Notes under the pieces: generated by a model | Told to the model about the DNA's origin: nothing | Database searches by the model: none | Seen by the model: the letters and a program-made list of their open reading frames with translations, nothing else | From: Naegleria gruberi | Taxonomy: Eukaryota | Direction: 5' to 3' (one strand) | Length of the DNA stretch: 64,000 nucleotides | Assembly: GCA_000004985.1 (NCBI GenBank) | Contig: GG738860.1 | Shown here: piece after piece, positions 62,437 to 64,000 of the stretch | How the letters are laid out: each line of letters begins with the position of its first letter | Position numbering within the stretch: the stretch's first letter is position 1 | Program-made: the position numbers and the translations under genes

Positions 62437-64000
62437 ATGACAATTACTAGAAAGATAAAACGAATTGTTCTCCTCAAGAGGGAGGAAACATCAGATTCGA
62501 ATAAGAATAATGGAAGTGATGGAAATAACAACAATACAATGACACAACAAAGAGGAAGAAGCAGCAGTGCAACAAGCACACCTGATTTGGCACCTCTCAT
62601 TATTAGTGCATCATCGAGTACATCATCAATTCAAGATTCATCCTCACCAATGTCTGCTCCAAGCCACCACAGTTTGAATTCGCCTGCAATGGATTATGCT
62701 GTTGTGAAGGCAACTAGAGTTTCATCCATTCCACTAAATAATAGTGTAGATGAACACAACATGTTTAGACCTTTTATTTCAAAGACTCCGAGAGGAGCTC
62801 TTCAGTCAACACCAGGTTCAAGTAGCAGCATTTCATCTTCACCTAATGTTGGAACAATAGTGGATGATTCGTGTATTATTGAAACGAGTCAGCCAAGGGA
62901 ATATGTCCCATCTCGATCGAATACAGTAATTGGAGGAAGGGCTCCAATGGAAAAGGTAGCAAGTGCCATCACACCTGTTGAAAACGACCTCTCAATGAAC
63001 AAACTGGAAAATTTCGAACCAAGATTAAAGAAAACTAAAAGTGCCTCCACTATTACAGTCAAGAAGAAGGTTGTTATTTATACTCAGCCTCAAAAGAGTG
63101 AGATAACTGCCCCTCCAGTTCTGGAAAATGCAGCCAAGTTTTCACTCATTCAAGCTGTTAATAATGAAGAAAGATTGCAAAAATTGAAAGTGGAGGAGGT
63201 TGAAGAATCTCCTCTCGATGAGGAATCAACACGATCTTCCTTCAGTAATGGAAATATGGCTTCACCAGTGAATGTTTATAGCCCTCGAGCCTTTGAGAAT
63301 GGTCTTCATTTGACACCCTCAAATTCAAGACCTTCTTTGGATGAAATTGGTGGAAATCCTTCGAAATTGTATGCATTTCTGGAAGATGGAGACTTGAGGA
63401 GGTCAGCCTCTCCTAGGAGAAGTACAATCGATGAAAATAGAAGATCTACCATCACCAAATCAGACATTGGAGAAGACTTGTTCAATAATGGTATTGAACT
63501 CGCTATTCCACCAGAATTAGAAAATGTTGGAAATTATGGACATGTCTCTTTAGAAAAATTCATGCAGGAAAGGAACAAGAAGTATAGAGGAAGTTTACGT
63601 GGACTACACTCACTAAGTCAAAAACCATCACTCTCTTCTATTGAAGAAGAAGGCCAACACGAACAGAGTTCAATACAGCCAAACGTTCAAATTTCTCATA
63701 ATGTTTATGAAACAGATGGAGAATGCTCAAAATTTACCTCTTACAAATTGTCCAATTGCTGCAATGTACAATCTTCCCTTGACCAATCGACACTACTCGA
63801 ATCGTTTTATCCTCTACCTGAAGGATCTTTATCATTTGAAATTAAATCCCTACCAGGTAATCAAGAAAGACAATTGAAAATTTCATTCAAGGCAAAGAAA
63901 TCTATCAATGTGGATTTACACAAAATCATGATGGAAATTATTACTCACGATACTTCTAATGAAAGGATTCACCAGTTAGAGGACTATGAATGGTCAATGG
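62437..64000 (+). CDS. Hypothetical Ser-rich protein. The 3' end runs off the window.
   Basis: The frame is open from the stop at 62335-62337 to position 64000. The first ATG is at 62437 (MTITRKIKRIVLLKREETSDS…). It is not in the ORF track because it has no stop in the window. Confidence 0.4.
   Translation, partial: MTITRKIKRIVLLKREETSDSNKNNGSDGNNNNTMTQQRGRSSSATSTPDLAPLIISASSSTSSIQDSSSPMSAPSHHSLNSPAMDYAVVKATRVSSIPLNNSVDEHNMFRPFISKTPRGALQSTPGSSSSISSSPNVGTIVDDSCIIETSQPREYVPSRSNTVIGGRAPMEKVASAITPVENDLSMNKLENFEPRLKKTKSASTITVKKKVVIYTQPQKSEITAPPVLENAAKFSLIQAVNNEERLQKLKVEEVEESPLDEESTRSSFSNGNMASPVNVYSPRAFENGLHLTPSNSRPSLDEIGGNPSKLYAFLEDGDLRRSASPRRSTIDENRRSTITKSDIGEDLFNNGIELAIPPELENVGNYGHVSLEKFMQERNKKYRGSLRGLHSLSQKPSLSSIEEEGQHEQSSIQPNVQISHNVYETDGECSKFTSYKLSNCCNVQSSLDQSTLLESFYPLPEGSLSFEIKSLPGNQERQLKISFKAKKSINVDLHKIMMEIITHDTSNERIHQLEDYEWSM

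Noticed and set aside
1-64000. Prokaryotic-style features such as operons, CRISPR arrays and rRNA.
   Set aside because: No direct-repeat/spacer arrays or rRNA-like conserved blocks were seen. Introns, Pol III tRNA genes with T-run terminators and LINE-type elements show the window is eukaryotic.

Overview
This window is eukaryotic nuclear DNA, not prokaryotic. It is AT-rich: genic regions are about 62-66% AT, while introns and intergenic DNA exceed 80% AT. Genes are densely packed on both strands. Introns are short (49-190 nt) with GTAAGT, GTATGT, GTAGGT or GTTAGT 5' splice sites and AG 3' splice sites. Many proteins carry Asn/Gln/Ser-rich low-complexity tracts. There are four tRNA genes. One is followed by an extra B-box and a full-length non-LTR retrotransposon flanked by a 19-bp target-site duplication. 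These are hallmarks of a dictyostelid social amoeba, but the window is less AT-rich than D. discoideum coding DNA. A 1,484-nt run of N (21328..22811) is a scaffold gap. The provided ORF track uses alternative start codons (TTG and others). It also omits ORFs that run off the window edges, so several 'M' positions are not real ATG starts, and two edge genes (1..2121 minus and 62437..64000 plus) were found by hand. All coordinates were counted by hand and may be off by 1-2 nt.

Gene content, in order:
- Two divergently transcribed GBP/atlastin-like large GTPases (1..2121 minus; 2324..4759 plus).
- A 3-domain thioredoxin-fold protein (6627..8000), COG7 (8035..10242), and an AGPAT/LPLAT-like acyltransferase (10428..11678).
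- A 1,605-aa coiled-coil protein with 360-bp in-frame tandem repeats (14742..19559).
- A secreted Cys-rich protein (20004..20708).
- A gene broken by the gap, whose post-gap part is a very AT-rich degenerate kinase-like fragment (22812..23584).
- An F-box-like protein with a nucleotidyltransferase-fold core (24024..26735).
- tRNA-Arg(UCU) at 26990..27063.
- An RGS+START fusion protein (27533..29245) and an F-box+Rab-like GTPase fusion (29395..30429).
- FKBP2-like (4 exons, 30499..31202), an ATP-grasp protein (31300..33143), COX6B-like (33576..34161) and ALG2 (34373..35641).
- A 5'-truncated RT/RNaseH non-LTR element abutting the ALG2 start (about 35657..38440).
- tRNA-Ala(AGC) and tRNA-Ile(AAU), then a full-length TRE3-like non-LTR element (40907..45757).
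- Two tandem 7TM-RGS receptor paralogs (47961..49433, which carries a 5-nt frameshift, and 49717..51378) with a second identical tRNA-Arg between them.
- Another 7TM protein (51877..53456) and a FAD2-type delta-12 desaturase (3 exons, 53543..55142).
- An EGF-containing type I membrane protein (55435..57987), a large disordered protein (58038..61954) and a 3'-partial gene (62437..64000).

No rRNA or CRISPR features were found.
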